Of a stretch of DNA of 64,000 bases, positions 38,470 to 48,835 are shown piece after piece. Source of the stretch: a candidate division FCPU426 bacterium (GTDB taxonomy: Bacteria > Oederibacteriota > Muellerivitia > Muellerivitales > Muellerivitaceae); NCBI GenBank assembly GCA_963796105.1, contig CAWCKJ010000012.1, forward strand, positions 192,001 to 256,000. The letters are read 5' to 3'. The first letter of the stretch is position 1; the number at the start of each line of letters is the position of its first letter. A model generated the notes under the pieces. That model was not told the DNA's origin, did no database searches, and worked only from the letters and a program-made list of their open reading frames with translations. Both the position numbers and the translations under genes were made by a program.

Positions 38470-39868
38470 CAATATCCTGATCAATAACAGCCGCTTCCCC
38501 AATACCAGCACCAACCCGAGCGACAAGCAAATCACCTTTTTCTGGTATTCGATTTTTCCTAATTGTTTCAAAATCCGTTTTCGAAACAAACCGATGGTTG
38601 TCCGGAATAAATCTAAAAGGCTTAACATTCTGAGCTGAGAGAAATATTTCTCCATTTTCAACATATGTTGGTGTTTGATGTGTTCCATCCGTAATTTGTT
38701 TACAAAGATCAATAAGGTTACACAACACCCAATCGCTTGGCACAGCTATCCTTGAAGAATATGTTGATTCCTGAAGGTTCTCGTTTTTCACCTTTCCATC
38801 CAATGCTTTTTTTGCTTTTTCTAATTTTATTTTTTCTAATATTTTCCACGGGTGGTTTTCACCGCTTATTAAACTTTTATTTTCTTTTCTCCATAAAGCT
38901 GTAAGTGTTCCTTGAATAGCTAATTGCCAAACAGATCGACGAAGATTTTGGAGGTTATCGAGATCGTCATAAAGAAGATCGAAATTATCAATAATTCGCT
39001 GCCAATGATTTTCGAATTCATCGGGAGAGGCGGCGGAAAGCAGGGCGTTTAAGGCCGCGTCGTTCAATTGTCGGCGGGTGTGGGTTTGTTTTTCTTGCTT
39101 GGCTTCCAGCTCATCGCACAGGGCCATGAGTTGATCGACTTTGGCGACGATGCGTTTTTGTTCTTCTCTCGGCGGCAACGGAATAGGCGTAAATGAAAAA
39201 TAGTCATTTGGAACCCTTTTCTGACCGGCCGAACCCGTCATTTTAGGGATTCCAATGTTGATGAAATTTGCTGACTTTAAAAACAACAAAACATATTCCG
39301 GTACAACCGTATTTGGAATGGCCCTAAAAACATGTAGTTCGGTTGTTCCCGCCCCGAATCCATTTTTAAGATTTTTAAGAACCACCGATTTTCTATTTTG
39401 AAAACAAGGTGTTATTTTAGCCATCACGACATCGTTTGAAGCTATATGTGTAAAACCACCCTTAACATCATTCCATTTCCCAACTTCGAAGCTCGCTTCC
39501 CCGCTAAAACCTTCAGGAATTAATTTCATCGGTATAAAAGAAACTTCCAAGCTGTCTCCCAATGAGTTTCTTGGATTTACCAAACCCAATTCGTCCAAAC
39601 AAGTAAGGACCCATCCTTTCGGCAATGTTTCCCCTTGGGCAACTACAACCGGTTCATTTTTAGATTTCTTTAGTTTTCCATGTTTTATTAGTTTTTCTTT
39701 TTCCGATTTTATTTTCGATAACAAAATTTCAGCTGATTCTTCACCTGGAACTTGTTCAACAAGATTTCCTTCTATAGCTAATTGAAAAATATACGCTCGC
39801 AAACTTTCAATCCCATTGGATGCTTCCGAAACTAAATCGATGTTTTCCAAGAAAACTTCTGGTTTCAC
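38470..39868 (-). pseudogene. hsdS: Type I R-M specificity subunit, 5' part, interrupted by the IS (ORF reads on to a stop at 38450)
   Basis: LAIEGNLVEQ, LPKGW, TRD1, PLPPREEQKRIVAKVDQLMALCDELE, VPSDW, ITDGTHQTP. Confidence 0.93.
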
Positions 39869-41310
39869 TTCTTTCCGCCCAGCGAATCCATCAATTCCTT
39901 CTTCAACTTTTCCCGAATCTCAGTCGTTTCCTTTTCGATCTTCTGATACTCCGCCAGAAGTTCCTCAGGGTCGCGGTGCTTTGCGGCTTCCACGTTCGGG
40001 TTCTTGATATCCAGGTTGTAATTGCTTTCCTTGATCGCCTTGATGTCCACCTTCCAGGCGAACTCGCTTTCCTTGCGCTTGTTCCACCATTTGATTTCCG
40101 GCGCGAATTCCTCGAAAGAGATGGGCCGGCCCTTGTTATAGGAAACCGCCCCTTCCGGGTAAGGGTGCTCGTAATACCAGGTGGACTTAGTTGGCACGCC
40201 TTTGGTGAAGAACAAAAGGTTGGTGTTAATGCTGGTATAGGGATTAAAAACCCCCTTGGGCAAGCGCACGATGGTGTGAAGGTTGCATTCGGTGAGGAAC
40301 ATTTCCTTAATGCGGGTTTTCACACCCTCGCCGAAAAGGGTGCCATCCGGCAGGACGATGGCCCCCCGGCCCCCGTTCTTGAGCAGGGTCACGATGAGCA
40401 CCAGGAAAAGGTCCGCAGTTTCCTTGGTACGGTAGGTGCCCGGAAAGTTCAGTTCCACACCATCCTCTTCCATGCCCCCAAAGGGCGGATTGGTGACGAT
40501 AACGTCCACCCTATCGGCGGGGCCGTAATTCACTAAGGGCCTTGCCAAGGTGTTATCCCGCTTGATATTGGAAGGCACCTCGATACCGTGGAGGAGCATG
40601 TTGGTGACACAAAGAAGATGGGGCATCTGTTTCTTCTCGACCCCGTTGACCGATTCCTGAAGCTTCCTCTCGTTCCTGACGTTCTTCACGTACTTGGACC
40701 TGACGTGCTCGATGGTATTGGCCAGGAACCCGCCGGTGCCGCAGGCCGGGTCCAGGACCTTCTCGCCCAATTGGGGGTCCACCCGATCCACCATGAAGCG
40801 GGTGACGGCCCGGGGGGTGTAGTATTCCCCGGCGTTCCCCGCGCTTTGGAGATCCTTGAGGATCTGCTCGTATATATCCCCGAATAGGTGACGGTCCTCG
40901 GTGGAATTAAAATCGATCTCGTTGATCTTGTTGACCACCTGGCGCAGGAGGGTGCCGTTCTTCATATAGTTGTAGGAATCCTCGAACACCGTCCGCACCA
41001 CCTGGCCCCGGGGGTTGCTGGGGCCGGCCTGGATGGCCTTGAGCGCCCGGAAGAGGTCGTTATTGATGAAGTCCAGCAATTCCTCGCCCGTGATACCCTC
41101 GGGGTTGGCCGCCCATTCCCTCCACCTGAACCGCTTGGGGATGGGGGACCTGAACCCGTCCTGGGTGGCCTCCAGTTCCTTTTCCTGGTCGTCGAAGATC
41201 TTCAAGAACAGCATCCACCCCAGTTGGCTGAGGCGCTGGGCGTCCCCATCCACCCCGGCGTCCTTGCGCATGATGTCCTGGATGGCTTTGATGGCGGTCG
41301 TGACGGTCAT
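39865..41310 (-). CDS. hsdM: Type I R-M N6-adenine methyltransferase
   Basis: GEYYTPR, DPACGTGGFL, NPPFGG, IVRLPKGVF. Confidence 0.97.
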   Translation of the reverse strand: MTVTTAIKAIQDIMRKDAGVDGDAQRLSQLGWMLFLKIFDDQEKELEATQDGFRSPIPKRFRWREWAANPEGITGEELLDFINNDLFRALKAIQAGPSNPRGQVVRTVFEDSYNYMKNGTLLRQVVNKINEIDFNSTEDRHLFGDIYEQILKDLQSAGNAGEYYTPRAVTRFMVDRVDPQLGEKVLDPACGTGGFLANTIEHVRSKYVKNVRNERKLQESVNGVEKKQMPHLLCVTNMLLHGIEVPSNIKRDNTLARPLVNYGPADRVDVIVTNPPFGGMEEDGVELNFPGTYRTKETADLFLVLIVTLLKNGGRGAIVLPDGTLFGEGVKTRIKEMFLTECNLHTIVRLPKGVFNPYTSINTNLLFFTKGVPTKSTWYYEHPYPEGAVSYNKGRPISFEEFAPEIKWWNKRKESEFAWKVDIKAIKESNYNLDIKNPNVEAAKHRDPEELLAEYQKIEKETTEIREKLKKELMDSLGGKK

Positions 41311-41396
41311 TCAAACAGCTCCTTGCGCTAAAATTGCACTTCGTTATGCTTCCCTGGTTCGAGAGCCTCACCATAGGCTACTCAGGGCCGGCCAAC

Positions 41397-41661
41397 GGAA
41401 AGCCCGCACCGGATGGTGGAAACCTCGACCTCGGACGACGGAAAACCGACCACGTATGGCGGGAAACCCGTCAACGTACGGCGGAAAACCGACCACGTAC
41501 GGCGGGAACCCCGTCCACGTATGGCGGAAAACCGACCACGTACGGCGGAAAACCCGGCCATGTATGGCGGAAAACCGACCACGTACGGCGGGAACCCCGT
41601 CCACGTATGGCGGAAAACCGACCCCGGATGGCGGAAATCTCGACCCCGGACGACGGAAAAC
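41397..41661. repeat. Tandem array 1: 12 units alternating 21 and 22 bp (consensus GGAAAACC[C]GACCACGTAYGGC)
   Basis: Unit starts 41397, 41418, 41440, 41461, 41483, 41504, 41526, 41547, 41569, 41590, 41612, 41633, and a partial unit at 41655. Confidence 0.95.
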
Positions 41662-41679
41662 TAGCTTCCGACCCTTTCG

Positions 41680-41972
41680 CCTACCGGCATGACCGGCACT
41701 CACTACCGGCATGGGCCTCCCACCTACCGGCATGAGAGGAAGTCCCTACCGGCATGATTGACCACTCCTACCGGCATGGGGCTTCCGCCTACCGGCATGA
41801 CGGACAGTCCCTACCGGCATGGGGCTTCCGCCTACCGGCATGACCGGCGATCCCTACCGGCATAGGCCTTCCACCTACCGGCATGACGGACAGTCCCTAC
41901 CGGCATGGGCCTTCCGCCTACCGGCATGACAGGCAGTCCCTACCGGCATCTGCGGGCAGGACTACCGGCCTA
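41680..41972. repeat. Tandem array 2: 14 copies of core CCTACCGGCATG with 9-10-nt variable linkers
   Basis: Core starts 41680, 41702, 41723, 41745, 41767, 41788, 41810, 41831, 41853, 41874, 41896, 41917, 41939, and a degenerate copy at 41961. Confidence 0.95.
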
Positions 41973-42025
41973 TGTCCCTAGGCGACGGCTCTATGTCCCT
42001 AGTAAAACCGCCCCATGTCCCAGGT
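41970..42025. repeat. Tandem array 3: three CYATGTCCC cores at ~21-bp spacing
   Basis: CTATGTCCCTAG at 41970 and 41991, CCATGTCCCAGG at 42012. Confidence 0.7.
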
Positions 42026-42079
42026 TCCCGGGTTCTCGGGTTCCCTACCAAGACTTTATCCCCAGCAAAACCACCCATA

Positions 42080-42122
42080 AACTGGGGTTGCTTCACATCA
42101 AAAATTCGATGTTCGCAATGAC
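42080..42122. repeat. Half copy of the REP-like element
   Basis: ACTGGGGTTGCTTCAC...TTCGCAATGAC resembles the right arm of 28391-28541. Confidence 0.55.
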
Positions 42123-42187
42123 GACAATACAAGAATACGGCTTCCTACAACAGCAGCGGAACCTATCGGCACCGTTCCAATTAATGG

Positions 42188-44530
42188 TTAGGCCGCCCCG
42201 TAAAGGTACTGCTCCATCTCCTTGATGGCGGCTAGGTACTTCTCCTTGCCCCCAAATTTACCCAATATTTCCAAGGGGGTCCCGAAATCAACCAAGGGTT
42301 TGACCCTCAAGACATTCAGATTCTCGATGTTTTCCAGCCCCTCGTCCGCGTATTTATCCAACAAGGCGTCCAGGACGGCCCGGACCTCCGCCCCATACTT
42401 GGCGAAGTAGTCCCTTTTCCTCACGTTCTCCGCCCTCTCCTTGCGGGTCAAGGGAGGCCGGTCAAAAGCCACGTGGCAGATGAGGTCGAAGGGGTCGAAC
42501 CCCTTCCCCACTTCCTCTTCCAGGGCCTCCAATAACAGCCCCCGGCTCCGTAGTTCCTCCAGGATGGCCTGCTTGCGGTCCACCCCCCGCCAGGCCTGGA
42601 GGAAGTTATCCAAGGAAGCATATTCGCCCAGGACGGACCGCCTGGTGTAATCCTTCAGGCTCTCGGTGATGAGTTTCCCGCCCTTGTCGTAATACTGGAC
42701 CCTTTCGGCCACCACGCTGACTTCAACGTCGTTCACCACGTATTTGATCCTCTTTTCCCTTTTGCCGTCGAAGCCCTCGGGATAAGTGTCGTCGCCCTTT
42801 TCCTGGGCGCCGCCGGGAACCGTGTCATCCGGCGGGACCGGGGACTCACCAGCCCCAGGCTCGTAAATGACCACAGGCTCGCCGTCGAAATCAGGGTCGG
42901 CGAATCGGTCCGTGGCCTTCTTGAAATCCATGATGGTGAAAAAAAGCTTGTCGTAGTCCTCCCGGATGCGGGAGCCCCGGCCGATGATCTGCTTGAACTT
43001 CACCATGGACTGGATGGTCTTGTCCAGGACGATCAGCTTGCAGGTTTGGGCATCCACGCCGGTCGTGAGGAGTTCCGAGGTGGTCACGACCACCGGGTAG
43101 CGGCTTTCGGGGTTGATGAAGTTGTCCAGCTCATCCTTGCCTTCCGGGTTGTCCCCCGTGACCCTCATGATGTATTTGCGGTTTTCCCCCGCCAGGTCGG
43201 CGTTCCCGTTCACCAGGGCCTGGCGCATGCGCTCGGCATGGTCGATATCCTCGCAAAAGACGATGGTCTTGTCGAACCGGTTCGTCTCCTTGAGGAATTG
43301 GGTTATTTTTTTCGCCACCAGCTCGTCCCGCTTCTCGAAAACGATGGTGCGGTTCATGTCCTTCTGGTTGTAAATCCTGTCCTCGATGAGGTTCCCATGT
43401 TTGTCCACTTTGCCCTTCTCAGGCCTGTATCCGCTGACGTCCTTATCGATGTCGATGCGCACCACCTTGTAGGGCGCCAAATAGCCGTCCTCGATCCCCT
43501 GTTTGAGGGAATAGGTGAAAACCGGCTCCCCGAAATAAGTGATGTTGGAGACATCCTTGGTTTCCTTGGGGGTGGCTGTCATGCCGATCTGGGTAGCGGT
43601 ATGGAAGTACTCCAGGATTTCCCGCCATTGGGCGTCTTCCGCCGCGCTTCCCCTGTGGCACTCATCCACCACCACTAGGTCAAAGAAATCCCGGCTGAAT
43701 TGCTTGTAGATGTCCTTATCTTCCTCGTTGCCCGACACCGCCTGGTAAAGGGAAAGGTAGATTTCATAGGCCTTGTCCACTTTCCGGTTCGTGATCTTGG
43801 TCATGGCGGAGGCGAAAGGCTTGAAGTCGTTGGTCTTGGTCTGGTCCACCAGGATGTTGCGGTCCGCCAGGAAGAGGATTCGTTTTTTCATGCCGGCTTT
43901 CCAAAGCCGCCAAATGACCTGGAAAGCCGTGTAGGTCTTGCCGGTGCCGGTGGCCATGACGAGCAAGATCCGGTTTTGGCCCTTGGCGATGGCCTCCAGG
44001 GTGCGGTTGATGGCGGTGAGCTGGTAATAGCGGGGTTCCTTCCCGCCGGGGTCCAGGTAATAGTCCTGGGAAACTACCTTTTCCTGTTTGTCCGAAAGGC
44101 CCCGCGCCTTGCAGTAGCGTTTCCATAGGACCGGGGGAGCGGGAAAAGAATCCAAGGCCGTTACTTCCTCGACCCTGCCTCCGGTAGCCTTGTTGTCGTG
44201 GATCAGGAAACCGTCCCCGTTGGAGCTGATGGCGAAAGGCACATCCAGCATCTCAGCGTAACTGAGGGCCTGCTGCATGCCGTCGCCGAGCTGGTGATTG
44301 TTATCCTTGGCTTCGACTACCGCGATGGGAAGGTTGGGTTTGTAATAAAGGACGTAATCGGCCCGCTTGTTTTTCTCGCGTGTCGCGGAGCGGCCCCGGA
44401 CGAGGACACGGCCCTTGGTGATGTTCACTTCCTCGCGGATTTGCGTTTCAATGTCCCATCCGGCTTTGGACAAGGCGGGGGTGATGAACTTGGTGCATAT
44501 ATCGCGTTCGCTCAGGGATTTCTTATCCAT
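42188..44530 (-). CDS. hsdR: Type I restriction endonuclease subunit R (EcoAI/EcoEI-like)
   Basis: ADYVL...VVEAK nuclease motif, [28 protein letters not shown], EcoEI-like C-terminus. Confidence 0.97.
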   Translation of the reverse strand: MDKKSLSERDICTKFITPALSKAGWDIETQIREEVNITKGRVLVRGRSATREKNKRADYVLYYKPNLPIAVVEAKDNNHQLGDGMQQALSYAEMLDVPFAISSNGDGFLIHDNKATGGRVEEVTALDSFPAPPVLWKRYCKARGLSDKQEKVVSQDYYLDPGGKEPRYYQLTAINRTLEAIAKGQNRILLVMATGTGKTYTAFQVIWRLWKAGMKKRILFLADRNILVDQTKTNDFKPFASAMTKITNRKVDKAYEIYLSLYQAVSGNEEDKDIYKQFSRDFFDLVVVDECHRGSAAEDAQWREILEYFHTATQIGMTATPKETKDVSNITYFGEPVFTYSLKQGIEDGYLAPYKVVRIDIDKDVSGYRPEKGKVDKHGNLIEDRIYNQKDMNRTIVFEKRDELVAKKITQFLKETNRFDKTIVFCEDIDHAERMRQALVNGNADLAGENRKYIMRVTGDNPEGKDELDNFINPESRYPVVVTTSELLTTGVDAQTCKLIVLDKTIQSMVKFKQIIGRGSRIREDYDKLFFTIMDFKKATDRFADPDFDGEPVVIYEPGAGESPVPPDDTVPGGAQEKGDDTYPEGFDGKREKRIKYVVNDVEVSVVAERVQYYDKGGKLITESLKDYTRRSVLGEYASLDNFLQAWRGVDRKQAILEELRSRGLLLEALEEEVGKGFDPFDLICHVAFDRPPLTRKERAENVRKRDYFAKYGAEVRAVLDALLDKYADEGLENIENLNVLRVKPLVDFGTPLEILGKFGGKEKYLAAIKEMEQYLYGAA

Positions 44531-44705
44531 AAAGATATTCTTTACCCTCTTGAGCCATAAATTTACGCCAAAACAATCCCGGGTATTTTACGCACTTTTG
44601 GGCATCCATCGGTAAAAACCGGCTTTTAATTCTTTAGCAGGCTGCTTTATTTTAGTTTTTCGGAGGTTTCAACTTGTTTAACTTCGATAAAACCGGAAAA
44701 TAATA

Positions 44706-44890
44706 GAGCCCCACGGGCGAAGCCCGTGGCATCAGTATTGACCCACCTTCGCTATCCCACTACGCCCTAAGGGCTTCGTGAGACAGGCAGCTTCGGTGGG
44801 TATCCGCCCATGTGCCTCGGCGACAATCCGCCGTAGCCTATTCCATTCACACACGGGCATAGCCCGTGGTACCCTGGCGAAGGCGGATAG
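44706..44890. repeat. REP-like composite hairpin element (resembles IS200/IS605 ends)
   Basis: Two hairpins CCACGGGC-GAA-GCCCGTGG and CACGGGC-ATA-GCCCGTG, plus TATCCGCC/GGCGGATA arms. Confidence 0.65.
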
Positions 44891-44935
44891 TCATTCCGGC
44901 TCATCCCCGGGAAGCGTTGATCCCGAAAGGCGGAC

Positions 44936-46627
44936 ATGGACACCACACTCGTATTCAATAATTGGCTTCGAGGCGTCAAGGACAAGAAAAATAACGAAAT
45001 CGCGAAGGTCCTGGACGTCGAATACGCGCATCTCACGCTTGAGACGGGCGACCTCTATGTCACCGCCGACGGCCTTCCCCTTCTCCGTCTGTTGGACCCC
45101 TCCAATTACTGGCTGGACAAGGATTGGTTTGAGGGCCATTCCACTCGCTTAACCGGCACCAGTTCCATCTACAAGATCAAGACCAAGGAGTCCGGGGGAA
45201 AATCCCGGGACATCGTGATGAAATGGAACCGCATGGGGCAGGACATCCCCGGCGCGGAGGAACTCGATATCCTGGAGGGCGCGGAGTTCAATAGCCCCTT
45301 CGAGGAGTTCTCGCTTCTCATGGAGCTGAGGCGCAAATTGTACGGTTCCGGACGGCGCGTCGTGGTCCAGAAGCCCCTGGCCATCTTCGTGGCCTCCGGG
45401 TCCGTCGACCTGTGGCAAAGCGGGCGCAAGGAATACAAGATGCAGTCCAAGCTGCGCTCCCACAGCGAGGTGGCCCTCGACATGCACCGGCTTTACGCGG
45501 TGGTGTACGAATGGATCAAGGGCATCGACGCGCACCAGGCCTTCTCGGCCGGCATCATCAGCCGTGAGAACATGAAGGGCCTGGCCCTGGACGCCCAGCA
45601 GGTGATGGCGAACGCCGGCTTCAAGGTCCGGGACAATAAGCCGGACCACGTCATCGTCCGTCCGAAGAAGGACCACAGCCTTTCGCACAACCGGCGGGGA
45701 GAAACCGTCTACGCCCTTTTGGATTTCGAGCTGTTGGAACGCACCCTCAGCCGCGAGGAGCAGGTCCGCAGGGAGAAACGGCAGGAATACCTTAAACGCC
45801 AGCGCGACCGCTTCAACGCGCCCGCGTTGGAGGGTCCCTACCCCCACCTGCATCCGGTGAACCACCTGGGCGTCGACTATATCTATGGCCGCGTGGAAAG
45901 CGTGAAGGGGCGGCTCTGGGTGGTGGGCAAGGACCCGGTCCTTTACGACTATTTCCTGCCGGAGCGCTGGCGGCACTTCCCCAAGACCAGGATTTCCGTC
46001 TACGGCGAAATGTACCACACCATCACCAAGGACGGCATCCACCTGGTGCTCCAGGCCTCCCGGGTGGGGCACCAGCCGGACATGGACCCGTTCCGGGAGG
46101 ACGAGCAGAAGATCCTGGCCCACGGGTACAACAGCCCCTTCGAGGTGGTTTCCCTGGCCGTGGAACTGGCCCAGCGCGGCGTGGCCTGCATCTACCCCCG
46201 GGCCATATACATGTCCGAGACCGAGGCCGTCATCTCAAGCGCCGTGTTCGACGGGTCGCGCTACCGCACGCACGAGGGCATCACCACGCCGGACGGCGAG
46301 CCCGTCCTCAAGCCCAACCATGACTACATCGTCATCTGGGGTTATTGGAACGGGCCCGACGAGAAGCTGGCGGACAGGGACGGGGACTATTACGAGGGCA
46401 TCCACGCCTTGCGGGCGTACAAGGAGAACCTCATTGACAAGGATCTTTATTTCACGCTCCTGCGCAGGGCCAAGGAGAAGCTGGCCGCCGTGGGGGTGGA
46501 GGACCTGAACCTGAGGGGGAACCATGTCATGGTCTCGAAGGACAGCCGGGGCCGCCTGGTCCTGGACGACCAGGGTTTCCCCGAACTCCGGTTGAGCAGC
46601 TTCGATTTCCTGAAGAGGAAGGCGTAG
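44936..46627 (+). CDS. Hypothetical protein with two tandem protein-kinase-like repeats
   Basis: Internal duplication (FNSPFEE/YNSPFEV; KPLAIFV/YPRAIYM; VYEWIKG/IWGYWNG). First repeat has VMK, RDNKPDHVI and LLDFE. Confidence 0.6.
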   Translation: MDTTLVFNNWLRGVKDKKNNEIAKVLDVEYAHLTLETGDLYVTADGLPLLRLLDPSNYWLDKDWFEGHSTRLTGTSSIYKIKTKESGGKSRDIVMKWNRMGQDIPGAEELDILEGAEFNSPFEEFSLLMELRRKLYGSGRRVVVQKPLAIFVASGSVDLWQSGRKEYKMQSKLRSHSEVALDMHRLYAVVYEWIKGIDAHQAFSAGIISRENMKGLALDAQQVMANAGFKVRDNKPDHVIVRPKKDHSLSHNRRGETVYALLDFELLERTLSREEQVRREKRQEYLKRQRDRFNAPALEGPYPHLHPVNHLGVDYIYGRVESVKGRLWVVGKDPVLYDYFLPERWRHFPKTRISVYGEMYHTITKDGIHLVLQASRVGHQPDMDPFREDEQKILAHGYNSPFEVVSLAVELAQRGVACIYPRAIYMSETEAVISSAVFDGSRYRTHEGITTPDGEPVLKPNHDYIVIWGYWNGPDEKLADRDGDYYEGIHALRAYKENLIDKDLYFTLLRRAKEKLAAVGVEDLNLRGNHVMVSKDSRGRLVLDDQGFPELRLSSFDFLKRKA

Positions 46628-46775
46628 GAAGACGGCCGGTTCCTCCATTCCCTCGGGGTGTTCCTGCCTTTGGGGCCCCGGAAACGACTTTTTTCAAGTT
46701 GTTAATCCTATTTTCCGTTGTTACACTCCACAACCAACCCAGAGGCTCTCCAGCCTCTAAGCGCGGAGGAGAACG

Positions 46776-48557
46776 ATGACGAACAACCAGAAATTGCTGG
46801 CGTGGGTGGAGGAAGTCAAGGCCCTGTGCAAACCCGACCGCGTGGAGTGGGCGAATGGATCCCGCGAGGAGTACGACCGCCTGATGAGGGATATGGTGGC
46901 CTCCGGCACAGCCACCCCCTTGAGCCCCCGAAAGCGCCCCAACAGCTTCCTGTTCCGGTCCGACCCCTCCGACGTAGCCCGCGTTGAGAGCCGCACCTAC
47001 ATCGCCTCCGTCCGGCAGGAGGACGCCGGGCCCACCAACAACTGGGTCGACCCCGTCGAGCTCAAGAAGACCATGCGGCCCCTCTACGAAGGCTGCATGA
47101 GGGGCCGGACCATGTATGTCATACCCTTCTCCATGGGTCCCATCGGTTCCCCGATCGCCAAAATCGGGGTGGAGATCACCGACTCGCCTTACGTTGTGGT
47201 GAACATGCGCGTCATGACGCGCGTGGGCGACAAGGTATTGGAAGTGCTGGGCGAAGACGGAGAGTTCGTCCCGTGCCTTCATTCCATCGGGTACCCCCTG
47301 TCCCCCGGGCAAGAGGACAAGACATGGCCTTGCGCGCCCCTGGAGCAGAAATACATCGCGCATTTCCCCGAGGAGAACCTCATCTGGTCCTACGGTTCCG
47401 GATACGGCGGCAACGCCCTCCTGGGCAAGAAATGCCTGGCCCTGCGCATCGCGTCGGTCCTGGCCCGGCGGGAGGGATGGCTGGCAGAGCACATGCTCAT
47501 CCTTCGCCTGACCAACCCGCAAGGGAGGCGTTTCCATATCGCCGCGGCTTTCCCCTCCGCCTGCGGAAAGACCAACCTGGCCATGCTGGTCCCCACCATC
47601 CCCGGGTGGAAATGCGAGTGCGTCGGCGACGACATCGCGTGGATGAAGATCGGCTCCGACGGAAAACTGCGCGCCATCAATCCCGAGGCCGGCTTCTTCG
47701 GCGTGGCGCCCGGCACCTCGATGAGATCAAATTCCATGGCCATGCGCACCGTGGAGAAAAACACCATCTTCACCAACTGCGCCCTGACCGACGACGGGGA
47801 CATCTGGTGGGAGGGCCTGGACGTGCCCTGCGAGCACGCCATCGACTGGAAGGGCCGGGAATGGACGCCTGCCTCCCCGGAAACGGCCGCCCACGCCAAC
47901 GCCCGCTTCACCACGCCGGCCGCGCAATGCCCTGTCATCTGCCCCGATTGGGAGGACCCGGCGGGCGTCCCCATCGACATCTTCATCTTCGGCGGCCGCC
48001 GCTCGACCACGGTTCCCCTCGTGCACCAGGCGTTCGATTTCGAGCACGGCGTGTACTTGGGCGCGACCGCGGCGTCCGAGACCACCGCGGCGGCCCTGGA
48101 TGTGGGGCAGAAACTGCGCCGGGACCCCTTCGCCATGACGCCTTTCATCGGATACCACGCGGGCGACTACATCCAGCATTGGTTCAACATGGGGGAGCGC
48201 CTGGGGGACAAGGCCCCTGCCGTCTTCTACGTGAACTGGTTCCGGAAGAACCGGGAAGGCCGGTGGCTGTGGCCCGGTTACGGCGAGAACAGCCGCGTTT
48301 TGAAATGGATGTGCGAGCGCGTGGAGGGAAAGATCGGCGCGGTGAAGACACCCATCGGTTATATGCCCCAGGAAGGCGACCTGGACCTGAAGGGCCTCAA
48401 CATCACCCGGGGCGATTACGAGGAGCTGATGCACGTGAGCGGCGAAGCAATCCAAGCGGACCTGAAGGACGCGGAGTCGTACTTTTCCCAGTTCAAGGAC
48501 CGTATGCCCGAGAAATTGAAGCAACAGTTGTCGGCGGCCAGGAAGCGGATGGAATAA
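46776..48557 (+). CDS. pckG: Phosphoenolpyruvate carboxykinase (GTP)
   Basis: [56 protein letters not shown]. Confidence 0.98.
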   Translation: MTNNQKLLAWVEEVKALCKPDRVEWANGSREEYDRLMRDMVASGTATPLSPRKRPNSFLFRSDPSDVARVESRTYIASVRQEDAGPTNNWVDPVELKKTMRPLYEGCMRGRTMYVIPFSMGPIGSPIAKIGVEITDSPYVVVNMRVMTRVGDKVLEVLGEDGEFVPCLHSIGYPLSPGQEDKTWPCAPLEQKYIAHFPEENLIWSYGSGYGGNALLGKKCLALRIASVLARREGWLAEHMLILRLTNPQGRRFHIAAAFPSACGKTNLAMLVPTIPGWKCECVGDDIAWMKIGSDGKLRAINPEAGFFGVAPGTSMRSNSMAMRTVEKNTIFTNCALTDDGDIWWEGLDVPCEHAIDWKGREWTPASPETAAHANARFTTPAAQCPVICPDWEDPAGVPIDIFIFGGRRSTTVPLVHQAFDFEHGVYLGATAASETTAAALDVGQKLRRDPFAMTPFIGYHAGDYIQHWFNMGERLGDKAPAVFYVNWFRKNREGRWLWPGYGENSRVLKWMCERVEGKIGAVKTPIGYMPQEGDLDLKGLNITRGDYEELMHVSGEAIQADLKDAESYFSQFKDRMPEKLKQQLSAARKRME

Positions 48558-48608
48558 GGGTTATTTCGTCCCCGCGTAGTCCGGGACTTTTACACCTCTA
48601 ACTTAACC

Positions 48609-48649
48609 AGGGCTCTTTGCGGTTAAATACCGCGGGGAGTCCTTTTTTT
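48609..48649 (+). terminator. Intrinsic terminator after pckG
   Basis: GGGCTCTTTGCGGT/ACCGCGGGGAGTCC stem followed by T7. Confidence 0.8.
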
Positions 48650-48835
48650 GTCGATATTGGCAATTCTTAAACAAAGGGGTCAGTGGTCTTGCCGGTGAGT
48701 GGTTCGGTAAACCCACCATGCGCCCAAAATAATTCATTTTGGCCCATCAAGAAGACATGACTAAAACTTGGCACTTTGCGGATTTTCTAATGCATTTGTG
48801 ATGCGGCCACGCATGGCGGCCGCACGAATAAGCCG

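Noticed and set aside
41680..41972. CRISPR or TIGR-type guide array
   Set aside because: Repeats are 12 nt and linkers 9-10 nt, the linkers recur in two related classes rather than being unique, and no cas or Nop-domain gene is visible in the window.
41015..42225. ORFs over the repeat arrays (e.g. 41015-41692 +, 41334-41735 +, 41368-41733 -)
   Set aside because: The 43-bp super-period shifts frame, so the same peptides appear in all frames. These are stop-poor repeat artefacts.
45149..48601. Long overlapping ORFs across the kinase-like gene and pckG
   Set aside because: GC-rich shadow frames of well-supported genes.
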